A stretch of 64,000 nucleotides of DNA, from the NCBI RefSeq assembly GCF_009914755.1, contig NC_060927.1, one strand, 5' to 3'. A model generated the notes under the pieces. The model was not told where the DNA came from and did not search any database. It was given only the letters and a program-made list of their open reading frames with translations. How positions within the stretch are numbered: position 1 is the first letter of the stretch; the number at the start of each line of letters is the position of its first letter. The DNA is from the human T2T-CHM13v2.0 reference genome, Homo sapiens. This document shows, piece by piece, positions 1 through 13,133 of this stretch. Both the position numbers and the translations under genes were made by a program.

Positions 1-1000
<1,000 letters not shown>

Positions 1001-1901
1001 TAAACTAAAAGTTTAACTAGCTTCTTTTTCCTTTAATTAATTTTCTGGGATCCTACCCCTATTTATAAATATACAAAATGACTCACTCATTCAACAAATA
1101 GCAGTTAATAGTCAATAACTGTTGGCTGCATACTAAGAAATATACTACATATTAAAGACATACAGTTAAATAAAATATTAGTCTCTAGGTCTTAGCCTAT
1201 CAGGAGACCTAGACCAAAATAAAGTGTTGCATTACAGCATGGGAAGTGCCATCATCCAGCTCTGGTCAGAGATAGAAGCTCCAACAATGAGCCTTTTCTC
1301 TCTGTCAGTCTGGGTGTACCCTGGGTGTAAATATTGGGGACGGTGGCGTTTTCTGAGGAAAAGATGCATATCTTGAGTCTTGACATTTGAGTTGGAATTA
1401 TTCAGACAGATAAGAACAAATAAATTTTTAAGAGTCTGGCAAGTAAGATTTGGAAACAAGCCTTCCATACCACAATCACTTGTGTTTATTCATAACTTCA
1501 CTTTTTCATTCTTTCATTCATTTGGCAGATGTTTCTGAACAACATCAGAAGGAAGGCCAGGAAAAAAGATTATAAGATTATAAAATAAATAGCTGCAATG
1601 CATATGATAACTGTGATAAAAATTTGTACAATAAGAACATTCACTCACTTATTCAACTAGGACTCAGGAAATATCCAGGCACAGGAGACAAGATGACATC
1701 ATCCATGCCTTCAAGGAACAGGAAAAACACAAATCGGAATAGTCACATAGTAATAATCTCATCTAACTCTGCACAAAGGGGAAACATTGAAATGTCTGTC
1801 ATGCCAGGCTCTACTCCTTGGAGAAATGGTTAGCTGCAAAGATTTTGTAAAACCAGTTTGCATTCGCTAGCTAAATAAGTTAGAATGATTGAAGGTTATC
1901 A

Positions 1902-1984
1902 TTATATTGGTGCAACAGTAATTGTGGTTTTTGCCTTAAAAAAAAAAAAAGTCAAAAACCGCAATTACTTTTGCACCAACCTAA
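1902..1984. mobile_element. MADE1 (Hsmar1-derived mariner MITE)
   Basis: Terminal inverted repeats TTGGTGCAACAGTAATTGTGGTTTTTG / CAAAAACCGCAATTACTTTTGCACCAACCTAA, ~80 bp in total. Confidence 0.9.
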
Positions 1985-1989
1985 TAGCT

Positions 1990-2205
1990 TGAGAGCTATA
2001 GTCATACAGATAGAAATTAAGTCCAATTTCCACACTAGTTGTGTAACTGTGGGAAAGTTCATTGATCTCCTGGTTTCAGTTTTCTATATTGTCAAAAGGG
2101 GATGATAATGGTTCCTGCCTCATTTGGTTATTGTGAGCTTAAATTAACTAATTAAAGTGCTTGGCACAGTACCTGGCTCAGCAGGTTCTTGGTACATGTT
2201 GGCTA
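1990..2205 (+). mobile_element. MIR SINE (diverged)
   Basis: Core-like TGTGTAACTGTGGGAAAGTTC...TCAGTTTTCT...ATAATGGTTCCTGCCTCAT...AAAGTGCTTGGCACAGTACCTGGC. Confidence 0.7.
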
Positions 2206-5082
2206 TTTCTCCCCTCTTTCCTCTTCATTTTCTTCTTACCTTAATGACTCAGCTAGACAAGACTCTGACCAGAGAGAAAGCATATGCAAAAGAACAGGAG
2301 TGTGAATTAATCCATCATGGGCTTGATGAGAGCACTGCAAGTGATTAGATATCTAACCAGTCAGTCATTCTGTTAGTCTGTAAGTGTCAATATTGATGCC
2401 AGTCTGTAGATATTGAATGCCTATTTTGTTTCAAGCACAACCTCAGGTGCCCCGATGTATTCTAGGGGCTGTTGTTGAAAAATGTGCTGGATACAGAGAA
2501 CCAAAGCCACGAGTAGCCAATTTTGCCTCGTTAGGAGTTTGCTGAGAAAGCTGTCATAGGAAAACTCAAGTTTGAGTCATTTAATAGAAGAGTTGAGAGC
2601 TCGCTTTTGTCTGTTCTGAGGAATGGAAGGCATCCCAGGCACCTTAGTTCAAAGGTGTGAAACAAAGCCTGTGTGCACGGATCTTAAAGAACCTTTGAAT
2701 TAATATAGAAGAAAACGCTATCCTTTGGCTTAGATGTGAAGAGCAGTAAGACGTCAATATCAAGTGGTAAAGAAGACAAACTCTGGAAGTCTAAAAGTCA
2801 CTTAACAGGATACCAAAATGGGATATCCTGCCTGTAGATAGCCCTTTTCTGTTACAGGAGAAAACCTGCATTAGATGGATTTTGAAACACCAAGGATCAA
2901 ATTGGATCTTCTGAAAGAAAACAACGACATATAGAAATTTTAATAAGCGGTATCACACTGCTAGTATGTCATTATCTTCACCAACCCTAGGGTTCTTTCA
3001 CAGGCAGGTTACATAAAGTATGCAGAAATGTTGAATCACATTTTAAATCTTATTTCTCAATATATCACCTAAGATGTCTTCATAATAAGTGTATTTAATT
3101 CTACATAAAAAATATGAAGAAAGGCCTCAATAAGCCATTACATGTATCTCTGTGAACACTACCCTTTTATGAGAATATTTTATTCTAGGCAGCAGTCACG
3201 TTCCTCAAAAACAATAAGAAAACATAAATGTAAATTCTGATTTGTATCCCATACATAAAACAATAATTCTTTATAATAATCTGTCTTAATTCATGGACCA
3301 ATAAAGATTACATTCTAAAAAAGATTACTCAAACCTCACTTTAGAAGAAAGATTAAAAATAATTGAGACAAAAACTGAAAAGGCATTTAAAATGGAAAAA
3401 TGGGGTGTTTTTATCAAACAGTTTTCCTTTAAGCATGTGTCTGCACTTCAAGCTTCTTCCGTCTCACCAGCAATCCTTGGCCCCTTTTTCTTTTCTGACT
3501 CTGCAAGTTGGAATTTCTGTCAGTTTGTGACTGAGTACTGATTGTCATTGTTAGGTTTAAGAGCAAGGAAGTGGGAAGGTGGCAGCCTCATTGTGGTGGT
3601 GGCTGACGTGAACTCTGGAGAAGAGGAAGGCTTGAATCACCCCCAGCTTTGAAATCACCCCACTCAACTTTTATCATTCTAACAACAGAAGTTGAAGGAA
3701 GTTTGCCATTCTCCACCCCTTTTCTTCACTGTGGTGTGGCAAATGTTAGAGGCATCTGAGACAAAATTCAGACCAGTAATAAATTAACTAGGCTCTTCCT
3801 ACAAAGAAAAATAACACAATAAATAGGAAATAAATGTCTGAAAGGGTTTTCTCAAGCAGCAGAAATCAAAAAAGGCAGAATGCACAAAAGAAGAACATAA
3901 AGAAGAGAGATGCAAAGAAAACATGGGGGCACCATGGGGGGGGGCCTGTGAAATAGAGTCTTAAAACATATACAAAGACCAAAGAAAGAGTTAGTGATGT
4001 GAAGGACTGGGGGTCAGGGGAAGAACCAAATCAGAAAGGAAAAGTATAAAATTCAAAGACAGAAAGGGGACATTAAAAGGTACTGAGCTGTCACGTGAGG
4101 CCACAGCACCAGAAGGCCCTGTCTTTTTGCCAAGACTTTGAAAACATAAAAAGCTCCAGATATGTTGTCATTAGGCATTGAAATAAAGTTCCAAAAGCCT
4201 TTAAGATATACATGCTTTTAAATATCATGATAAATTATGCATCTATGACACAGATTGGGATGCCCTGGCCTTCAAGTAATCAATAATTCAAAAGCTATGA
4301 ACATGAACCTAATCCAAATGGCAGGTTCAAAATTGGATTCTAAAAGGATTTGCACCATTGACAAGAAGGGTGTGCCCAGCAAACTATTTCCCTCTCATCA
4401 TAAAGAAAAAGGAGTAGCTTAAGCATGCACTTGTATATGCAACACTGGAATATTTCAGCTGAATGTCTTGTGTAAATAGTCAGATGAATTATTCATGGAT
4501 TTTTCAAAACTTTGTCTTTTTTAATTGTAAATATTCTATCAAGGCTCTAGATCCACTAGCTACATAATGACATCTCAGATGATTTCCATTTCTTGGAGCA
4601 ATGACAGTATGAATGTTGAGCCAGCTCACTGAAGGGAGCAAGAGTTTTAAGCCTGGCAATATCCATATATGACCAGACATTTTTTTTCCTAATATGCTAA
4701 TGTGTCAATATAAAGAAAATATGATGACATCTAGTAGTTACTTTGTCATTTCTATTTTACTCAAAATATTTTCTTCCAGTCTTAAACAGAGTTAAACTAT
4801 TGCCAAGTGATGTACAAGGCAATTGCTACATTTATGTGAGATGTTCTACAGACTTTAAATCTGACATTTGAAATTGCTCCTAATTGAAGAGCTGCAAGTT
4901 GTACTTTAAATAATAAAGCTTTTACTCACACAGTCAAACTCCTTTCTTGGAAAGCTAGCAAAAGGAAGATACTTTTCTTCCCCAAAATTAATGTTGCTAT
5001 CTGTTGAGATAATAGCATTCAAACTTAATTGTAGGATCAGTTTATTAACTAATAGGAGTCCTATCTTTAAGGAACTTCTTTG

Positions 5083-5219
5083 GATACTCTCTAAAATCAA
5101 AGCATAGTCAGTATTCTTATTTCAAAATCATAGATGTAGATACTCTCTAAAGATACTCTCAGATACTCTCTAAAATCAAAGCATAGTCAGTATTCTTATT
5201 TCAAAATCATAGATGTAGA
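5083..5219. repeat. 58-bp perfect direct duplication separated by two truncated restart copies
   Basis: 5083-5140 equals 5162-5219. The spacer holds GATACTCTCTAAA and GATACTCTC, both copies of the unit start. Confidence 0.95.
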
Positions 5220-5967
5220 CTAGCAGGGACAATAATTTGTGAATTAAACCAGTCTCTCTTCCCCTACTTTCCTAAACATAAATCTCTCAGCTTAACTGCT
5301 TAAGTGCAGGTATGATGATTTTCTTTGTATCTCAATTTCCCGCAGTTAAAATTCCATTTAACGAGGGCATTTTAGCTGCTCCATATTATACTGCTGCAAT
5401 TGCATTACAGAAATTATGTACTAAGGATGCAGTGATTAAAATTGATATTTGACTTAATTACAGGGTACAGTACATGGATATTTGAATGTAACTTAATGGA
5501 AAACAAGATGCTTTATTTGTAGTGATTTTCAAAGCTTTTATCCTTGCAGAAAGCTCCCTTGTCAGTAGCTGTTGGGCCAAATCTCAAGCTGCTGACTCTC
5601 TTCAGAAGGAATAAAGAAGAATATGCATAAATATGAAGCTAATGATGTAGTTATCCTGCTAAAATACTACACAATTATAATATATTATCTTCTAAATAGT
5701 GCCTTTCTCAATCAATTGTCCTAATTCTATTATACCTCACTGAAGTAAATATTTAAATAGCCAGATGACAAATTTTCATAGTACCATACATCAAACAGCA
5801 AATATATTACATGAAATATGTCAAAATTTTGACTAATAAAGAAAGAATTAGAAGGGCTATGACTGCAAGAAGGGAAAGTATGTAGTCATAACTTATATAT
5901 AATTTAGTTAATAAGTCTACCTAAAGTCAATCTATCTTCAATGAGAAAGGGACTGGGAATACAATTA

Positions 5968-6000
5968 TGTATTTATTTATCTATTTATTTATTTATTTTT
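5968..6000. repeat. (TTTA)n simple repeat
   Basis: Direct reading. Confidence 0.8.
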
Positions 6001-6669
6001 ACAAAGTCACATTTCAAAGCAATGTTTTAAATTTAAATTATAATATTTTAAGATCTAGTTAAAGGTTTATATATCAGATAATCACTTCAAATATATGCCT
6101 CTAAATGATTCACTCTTTTAAACAACTAAATCATAATAACAGTTTTTGGTTTAGTTTCAAATTGTGCTCTTTCACTAAATATATACCCATCTAGTTACCC
6201 TAAGTTTTGGAGCACACAACAATAACAAATACATCTTAAGTATATTTGAACACGAATTTATATACCTATGCCCAAAGCATTTGATTTAAATTGAGACTAT
6301 AACTCACAAATTTAAAAGACTAGAATTAGCTCTAACATCATGGGGAGGGAATATGAAAACAGAAACAGGAAGGGCAAATCCATTAAATAGGGGTTGCAAT
6401 TCATATGAAATATACAATTTCCATAAGTCACTTATCTAGCAACTTCACTGTATGAAGACATCTGAAAAATCATCTGAAGAACCTAAATAGGTATTACAAA
6501 GTTGAGTGACACTTGTTAATGACTTACTTACTCTTATCTTGTGCAGAGCTTATTCATCTGCTCCCTTAGGCATGTATATTAGAAGAGGTAGATATGAGTA
6601 AATAGGAGAAGACCAGTGGTATGATCGTGGATTCAGCATCAAGAAAACTAATTTTACCCCATAGATACT

Positions 6670-6770
6670 TTACATTACTTCATAGGATTGCTGAAGATGA
6701 AGTTAACCAACATATGTAAAGCACTTGGAACAGTTGGCAGAATATATTAAACACTCAATAAGTATTATTC
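6670..6770 (+). mobile_element. MIR 3' fragment
   Basis: TCATAGGATTGCTGAAGATGAAGT...TATGTAAAGCACTTGGAACAGT...ACACTCAATAAG. Confidence 0.6.
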
Positions 6771-6903
6771 ATAACAAGCCTAAGAGTCTCGAAGTACTGG
6801 AATTCAAAGCAAGTAGCCCTGTACATCCTGGTAATCCAAAGGGGATTAGATAGCCTCAAGAATGAAATGCTAGCCTTTACATTACTTCATGTAATCCATG
6901 TGA

Positions 6904-6955
6904 TTTTATAGTTTACAAAAGCTCCCTGCCATTGCAGCTTTTGTAAACTATAAAA
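6904..6955. repeat. Perfect 20-bp inverted repeat with 12-nt spacer
   Basis: TTTTATAGTTTACAAAAGCT (6904-6923) and AGCTTTTGTAAACTATAAAA (6936-6955). Confidence 0.95.
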
Positions 6956-7054
6956 CCCTTGCAAAGGAAATATTCAGCTGTCAGATTGCCTGATCTGACT
7001 GCTGAGTATTTTTGCACTGGTGAGGTAAAGCTCAAAGCCAAAATGGGCAATGCA

Positions 7055-7497
7055 TGCTTTTTTTCATTTGTGTTTCCCAGAAGCAGACTGTGAGTTGAGA
7101 ATTCAAGTGGAAAAAGTTTATTTATTAGGGAGGTGAGCTAAGCAAATGCCAGTCAGGTTATGGAGAACTGAGATAGGAATTTGAGGGCAGCCAATGAAGA
7201 AAGTGTTGTTAAGTTAGTTTACCACTATCAGTAACTAGAGATTGATCATGTTACAGATTGAATGTAAAACAAATTCCACAGACTCAGCCCACTTGAGAGG
7301 GGATAAAGCTGAGATATTTGTGCACAAACTTCCATCACCCTTAGCTGAGGGATCCCTCAGGGGATTTGAATTATCCAGCACTTCAAGCTGCTGTACAAGG
7401 CAAGTTGTGGTGTAAGAGAAAGCCCTCACCCAGTTAAAAGTCACAGGCCATTTTACACTGCAATGATATGGGAGGAGCACAGACAACACCTGTTATA
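7055..7497 (-). mobile_element. LTR16-like ERVL LTR (3' LTR of provirus)
   Basis: Matches the reverse complement of LTR16 (CCCAGAAGCAGAC..GAG...AGTTTATTT..GGGAGGTGA...GATATGGG.GG.GCAC.GACA). Homologous to 12270-13133. Confidence 0.75.
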
Positions 7498-10400
7498 GTC
7501 AACTATTTCTTCAGATCTACCTGTGACCCAAGTCAAGTTCACTCCATCCATCCTGGCAAAGCCTCTTCAAAATGGTAACCAGATACAATTTTGGAAAAAA
7601 AAATGGTGGAGGGAGATTAGTTCTGGCTATTGCACTTGATCTTGAGACCACAACTGATATTCATCATCTCTCTCCTCTATTACCCATTCTAGTTTCCTTT
7701 CACTTTCAACCAACGTTTCTGCCAAACTAAATTGCTTGTCTATTGGGATAATCCAGGCAGAGGAGTCTGCACCGCAGGTATCCTGTTAGGTTATGATGGC
7801 TATAATTGCCTAATCACAGTTATCAATGAGCATGGAAGCACTAAGATGTGACCTATGACCTAATGCATCTCTAGGTTCTAGACATATCCTTCTCTGCCCA
7901 CATCATGTAATATGTAGCAACGATATTTCCTCATGGTACTCATGGCATGTGTTTATTACTGTGTAATTATACCAATTATAATAGTAAAGAAACTTTTTCT
8001 TTACCTGCTTGTCTACTGGCATGACAACCCTTAAAGAAGTGGGCAGTGGTTAGCTTAGATTTAGAGAAACCTTAGCAGCATAATCCCCTTTGACAACAAG
8101 GCCCCTAGTCCAGCACAAATTCACCAAGTGGGCCATGGGGAGTAATAATGGAGAAGGCACTCCAACGTTCACCTTTTGGTTCCTAGATGCATGTTTTACT
8201 GATCAGGGAAAGAGCATATTAATTCCCATTGGCTCTAAGCAACATTTTATTAGCCTGGAAACATTTAGGTGCTGTAACTGGTGAGATCAATGGAGCTCTT
8301 GAACATGTGCCATTGTTATACTTTATTTGCTATAAAGTGGATCATTTGATCTAAGATAATATATGTGATGCTGTGATAATAAGTGATAATAAGTCAAACA
8401 CAATGAAACCTCAGATATTGGTGATGGTGAAGGCAGTAAGGTATGAAAGGCCAGCCTAATTAGAATATTAATGCCAGTCAGGACAATTGCTATCCTTCTA
8501 GGATGGAAAAAATAGAATGCTATCAATGTGAGGACAGGTAGTTTGTTGGTCTCTTCAGAGAAGACTAAATTGAGAGCATAGTGCAAGTCTGCTTACAAGT
8601 CTCTGCTGCTGACAGGTTGAACACTCAGGAGTAACAGTAGCCATATTAGGCTTGGTGAGAAACATCTCATGCCTTTGAGACCATGCATAATCTCCATTTC
8701 TGCTACTCCATGTGTGAGTCCCTATACTATCATTTAAGTAACTAAAAAACAAGTCTGGCTGATATCCACTGGCTGAGTCATTTTATCCAGGTGGCTATTC
8801 TGTGGTTGATACTTTTGTAGGCATTAATCAGAGACACATTCCTGCAGGTTCTTCCACATGCTTTTTCTTCAGATTGATCCCCATCTTTCAATGTTGCTTC
8901 TTCCAAACCTTTGACCACCAGCCCAGCTATTCATCATTGCCAATGTGCTCATGTATATCATTAACCGAACTTCTCCTTTTTCATGAAGTTTACTACCAGG
9001 TGTACTGCTTTAAGGTCTGCCCACTTGGAGGAATGTATTCTCTACTATCTTTCAGAGCCACTTTTGATTTGGGCTAGAATGTAGCAGAAGTCCATTTCTG
9101 GCTTTCATCAACATAGTCAACCCATCTGAGAGATATAGGCTTGGGTGTTTTGTTTTGTTTTGATTCTTTATCTATCATTTAGTTTCAGGTATCCCCTAAC
9201 AAGGCCATAGCTGTAAGTGAAAGAAAAGGCACTGATGCAACAGGGACATGTAACATGGGGCTCTGGTCCCCTGTTGTGTCACTTGTTTATGGACTTCAGA
9301 CCCTCTTGAGCCCCATCCTGAATATACCATTTCCATTGTACAATGGATTGTTGCCGTTACTTCCTGATATTATGATTTGGTGGATATAATATATTCATTT
9401 TGTGATGGGCACTTCTGGTTGCAGAATTACTTAATGTTCCATGGTCAGGAGCTTCCTGCCCTAGGGTCAGGGAACAATGGCATTATAGAAGTTGTTTTTC
9501 AAGCTCTGAATATTTTTCTCTGCTGCAGATTGGATGGCCTTGCTCCAGAACCTAAGGAGTGAGTACTATGACTTTCTTACTGAAGCTGGAAGAGATTCCA
9601 CATAGCATCCTTATATACAATGGATACCAGCAGTATATTTGCCATCATGCAGAGGGATAAGTGGTTGAGGTAAAGATATCCATGAACTCGTGGCAGTGAT
9701 CAATGGCTTGGCTGGTAGTCAAAAGTCTGGAAGAAGGGTTCTATGACTCTTACATTGGGGCTTAGAGAAACTCCACATAGCTCCTGCCGGATCATATGAT
9801 CCAAACAATGTTGCAGCTTAAACCTGCTATAAACTCTTCTGTTCTGGACCTGTTCTGGAACTCTTCTGTTCTGTTCTGGACCACTCAAAACTAGCAGTTT
9901 TCTGAGTAACTCAATAAATAAGATGGATCAGTATAACCAAAGTGCTTTCTTCCAAATTCAGAGAGCTACCAAATATGACATCTCTTTCTTAGTAACAGGA
10001 AATGCAGAATGTAATGTTTCAACCTTTACATTAGAGGATATGTCTCAGCATGACCCAGATCATCTGATCTCTTAAGCCTTACTCAAAGGGGTAGACCCCT
10101 TAATTTTTATTGCATTTCTCTCCAACATTGTGAACAAATATCCAGATTACTTACAAGTTCCTGCTTACCAGATCTGATTAACACAATGTCACGAATATAC
10201 TGCACCAGTAAAATACCCTATACAATTTCTCTGTAACCAAGGTCACTTCAGACCATGCTGTAACAGAGAACGGGAGAATTAACACAGTCTGAAGCAAGAT
10301 TATAAATGTGTGCTGCTGTTCATTCTCAGTGAATGTGAAATGATTCTAAAATGAATGTTTAAGGGTTTTAAAAGCATGCATTTACAGGATAAATAAGTGC

Positions 10401-12269
10401 ATATACATGGCAGAGTCTGCATTGATTTGTCTAGTAAATAATCATCTTTTAAATAGCAGCTATAATTGGAGTTATCATTTGGTTAAGTTTATAATAGTCC
10501 ACCATCATCTGCCATAAGTTATCTGGATCCATTTTTTTTGGAGACTATACTGATTCACCAAGAAGAGATATGATAAAGACCACCAGCTCTGCATCCATGA
10601 GATCACTGAGGCTGCCACTAAACCCTGCCATTCCACTCACCATGCACTCAGGATTGTTTATGACATGCTACTTTCATTTGGGGTGAGACGCTTTCAAGAG
10701 CTTCCAGTTGGCCTTTCCTATAATTATGGTTCTTACTCCACAGGTCAGGTAAATAATGCATGAGTTTTGCCCACTTGCTAAGTATATCCATCTTAATTAG
10801 GCCCTCAAGTGATAGTAAAATGACCATAGCAGGAGGCCATAGACCCATATTGGGTGCATTGTGAAACAGACTTGGATCTTTATCACAGGGCCCTCATACT
10901 ACCTCACTCTTACAAGGGTTCCATGATGGCATTTTGAATCTACAGTTGTGAGTTCGGACCCTAAATTCAACAGCTTTTTAAAAATCTAGATATTTCCCTT
11001 TCTCCAGTAAATATCCCTAGATACAGTTACAGAAAAATTGAGGAATCCTGCTGTGCCGCTACGGAAGAACTGGCTTTCTCTTCAAATGGTGGGCTTTGTA
11101 TCACAGAACTGACTCTGGTCTGGAAATTGGTCAATGGATTACAATTTTTCCAATGCAGCATTTTTCTCAATCACTGTATTTGTTATCTATTGCTGCATGA
11201 AATATCAACCTCAATCCTGGGGGCTTAAAACAACCAACCCTTATTATCTCATAGTAACCGTGCCAGAAATCTAGGAGCAGCTTAACTAGGTAGTTCTGGC
11301 TCAAGGTCTTTCAGGATATTGCAGTCAAGACATTGGCCAAAGATGCAGAAAGTCACACTAAAACACAAATAAGTGATAACATTCAACTATACCTACCTTT
11401 AAGAAATAGTTATCTAACTAAAATAACTTTTTGTCATGCTTTCAAGCAAAATGCCATTGAAAACTGGAAAATTTCAAGTGGTCAATGCAGGAGAATTTGG
11501 TAATAGAAGGTAATTCAATTGGGACCAAAGGATCTACTTCCAAGCTCACCCACATGGTTTTTGGCAGCCGTTCGGTCCTCACTGACTGTTCACAGCATCA
11601 CTCATCACTTCGCAGTGCATCCACCACAGGTGTGGACTTTGCATGGTCTTCAGGCAAGTCCTGAAGGCTATTAATCTCTAGCAAGAGGAATTTCTCTGAC
11701 TGCTAAAACCTTCTCTGAGAAATTATAGTGTCCACTATAAGCTCATCCACTAATGACATCTCAGGTCACAGGGCCCTAGTCCTACTTACGTGCCTCTTGA
11801 CTTTATATAGGGAGTTGGTGGGACTATGAATTCACCTTTCTTTGTAATTCTACCATGGTAACAATCAAAGATCTTCAGCAAAGTCTGCTCTTCAGCTACA
11901 AGGGATGCCATGCCCCAAGTAAACTGTCTGACTTGAGCTTGCCATTTTCTTTCCTCAAACATTGATGGCACCTAACAATAGTCAATCAATTCCACAGTCC
12001 TTAGTCACAGCACCCCACATCACTCAAATACTGAATATACTGCATAAGCCAATTTATCTCCTTTCTCCTGTACTCCATCTCAGTCACTACAGGTGAGCAG
12101 TTTAATAATAGTCACCACTATAATTAGTAGTTTTGATGTTTTAACCACAGGATTCATCACCGTCTCTTTGCACTAACATTAGGTCCCTTTTTGTCATTTG
12201 GCTTGCAAGTATTTAATTCTAAACTCCCATTCTAAGTATCTGCTACCTTGAACCCCTTATATAACAAAA
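7498..12269 (-). mobile_element. Decayed ERVL-class (ERV3-16A3-like) internal region with pol (RT, IN) and dUTPase relics
   Basis: Minus-strand translations: WQMMVDYYKLNQMITPIIAA (~10455-10515, ERVL RT); LVQYIRDIVLI (YIDD motif decayed to YIRD, 10188-10199); integrase zinc finger GDYAWSQRH...ATVTPECSTCQQQR (ORF 8555..8752); dUTPase-like VSLNL..VVMPVDKQ (~8000-8070). Confidence 0.85.
11176..11600 (-). mobile_element. MLT1-family (MaLR) LTR fragment nested in the ERVL, containing a non-LTR insert at ~11349-11500
   Basis: TATCTATTGCTGCAT...GGCTTAAAACAAC...GGTAGTTCTGGCTCAAGGTCT...TTGCAGTCAAGA, resuming at GGATCTACTTCCAAGCTCACCCACATGG. Confidence 0.75.
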
Positions 12270-13133
12270 TATCTTAGTTTGGATTTTGCCATAGTAGATT
12301 CTGTAACAAGGAATCTGGTGGAAGTAGTTTATTTTGGAATGGGCCTCAGGAAACACTAGTTGTAAACGGGAACTAGAGATAAGGAAGGAAAGGCAACAAA
12401 CAAAGTGGCTGTTATCAAGTCAGTTACCACTGAGGGAGCCACTGTAATTTAATCCCCCTGAAGGACCATGCTATAGTTTGAAGGTTTGTCACCTTCAAAA
12501 CTCATGTTGAAATTTAATTGCCATTGTGATGGTACTGAGAGGTGGGACTTTTAAAATGTGTTTAGGTCATGAGGGCTCTACCCTCACAAATATACTAATG
12601 CTATTATCATGGGAATAGATTGGTTATCACAGGAATGGGTTTGCACCCTTTTGCTCTCTCTCTCTTGCCATCTCTTTGCTCTTCCACCATGTGATACCTA
12701 CCACCATATTGTGATTTAGCAAGAAAAGGCCCTTTGTCAAATGCTGGCACATTAATATTAGACTTCCAAGCCTTCAAAACTATGAACCAATACATTTCTG
12801 TTCAGTAGAAATTACTCAGTCTTGGGTATTCTGTTATAGCAGCAGAATACAAGCTAAGACAGATTCTGAGATCCAATGTGGAGCAAGCAGCTCTGAATTA
12901 TAGTAATCAGTGGTCAAAAGAACCAAAGTATTAAACACTTTCCATCACTTATACATTAAAGGATGTTTCTGGGAATTATTAAATCTCTGGGACTTTGGGC
13001 CTGATGTGCTAGTGAGTAGAGGAGACTCTAGAAGCCACAGAAAGTTATTAGGCAGTTAGAGCTCTGCTTGTAAAGTACTATAATGCTAAGATGCTAAAAG
13101 GATTAAGGCAAGATTCCAACAGCATGTGCTACT
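12270..13133 (-). mobile_element. LTR16-like ERVL LTR (5' LTR), split by an MST LTR
   Basis: TATCTTAGTTTGG...AGTAGTTTATTTTGGA...TTATCAAGTCAGTTACCACTG, resuming after 12861 and ending CAACAGCATGTGCTAC. Colinear with 7055-7497. Confidence 0.7.
12469..12861 (+). mobile_element. MSTC/MSTD-like MaLR solo LTR
   Basis: TG...CA termini (TGCTATAGTTTG...CTAAGACA) and CAAAACTCATGTTGAAATTTAATTGCCATTGT. Confidence 0.85.

Noticed and set aside
6668-6890. 16-bp direct repeat CTTTACATTACTTCAT at 6668-6683 and 6875-6890 as a possible TSD
   Set aside because: The enclosed DNA is an old MIR piece plus unique sequence with no poly(A). A perfect TSD is implausible at that age, so the repeat remains unexplained but weak.
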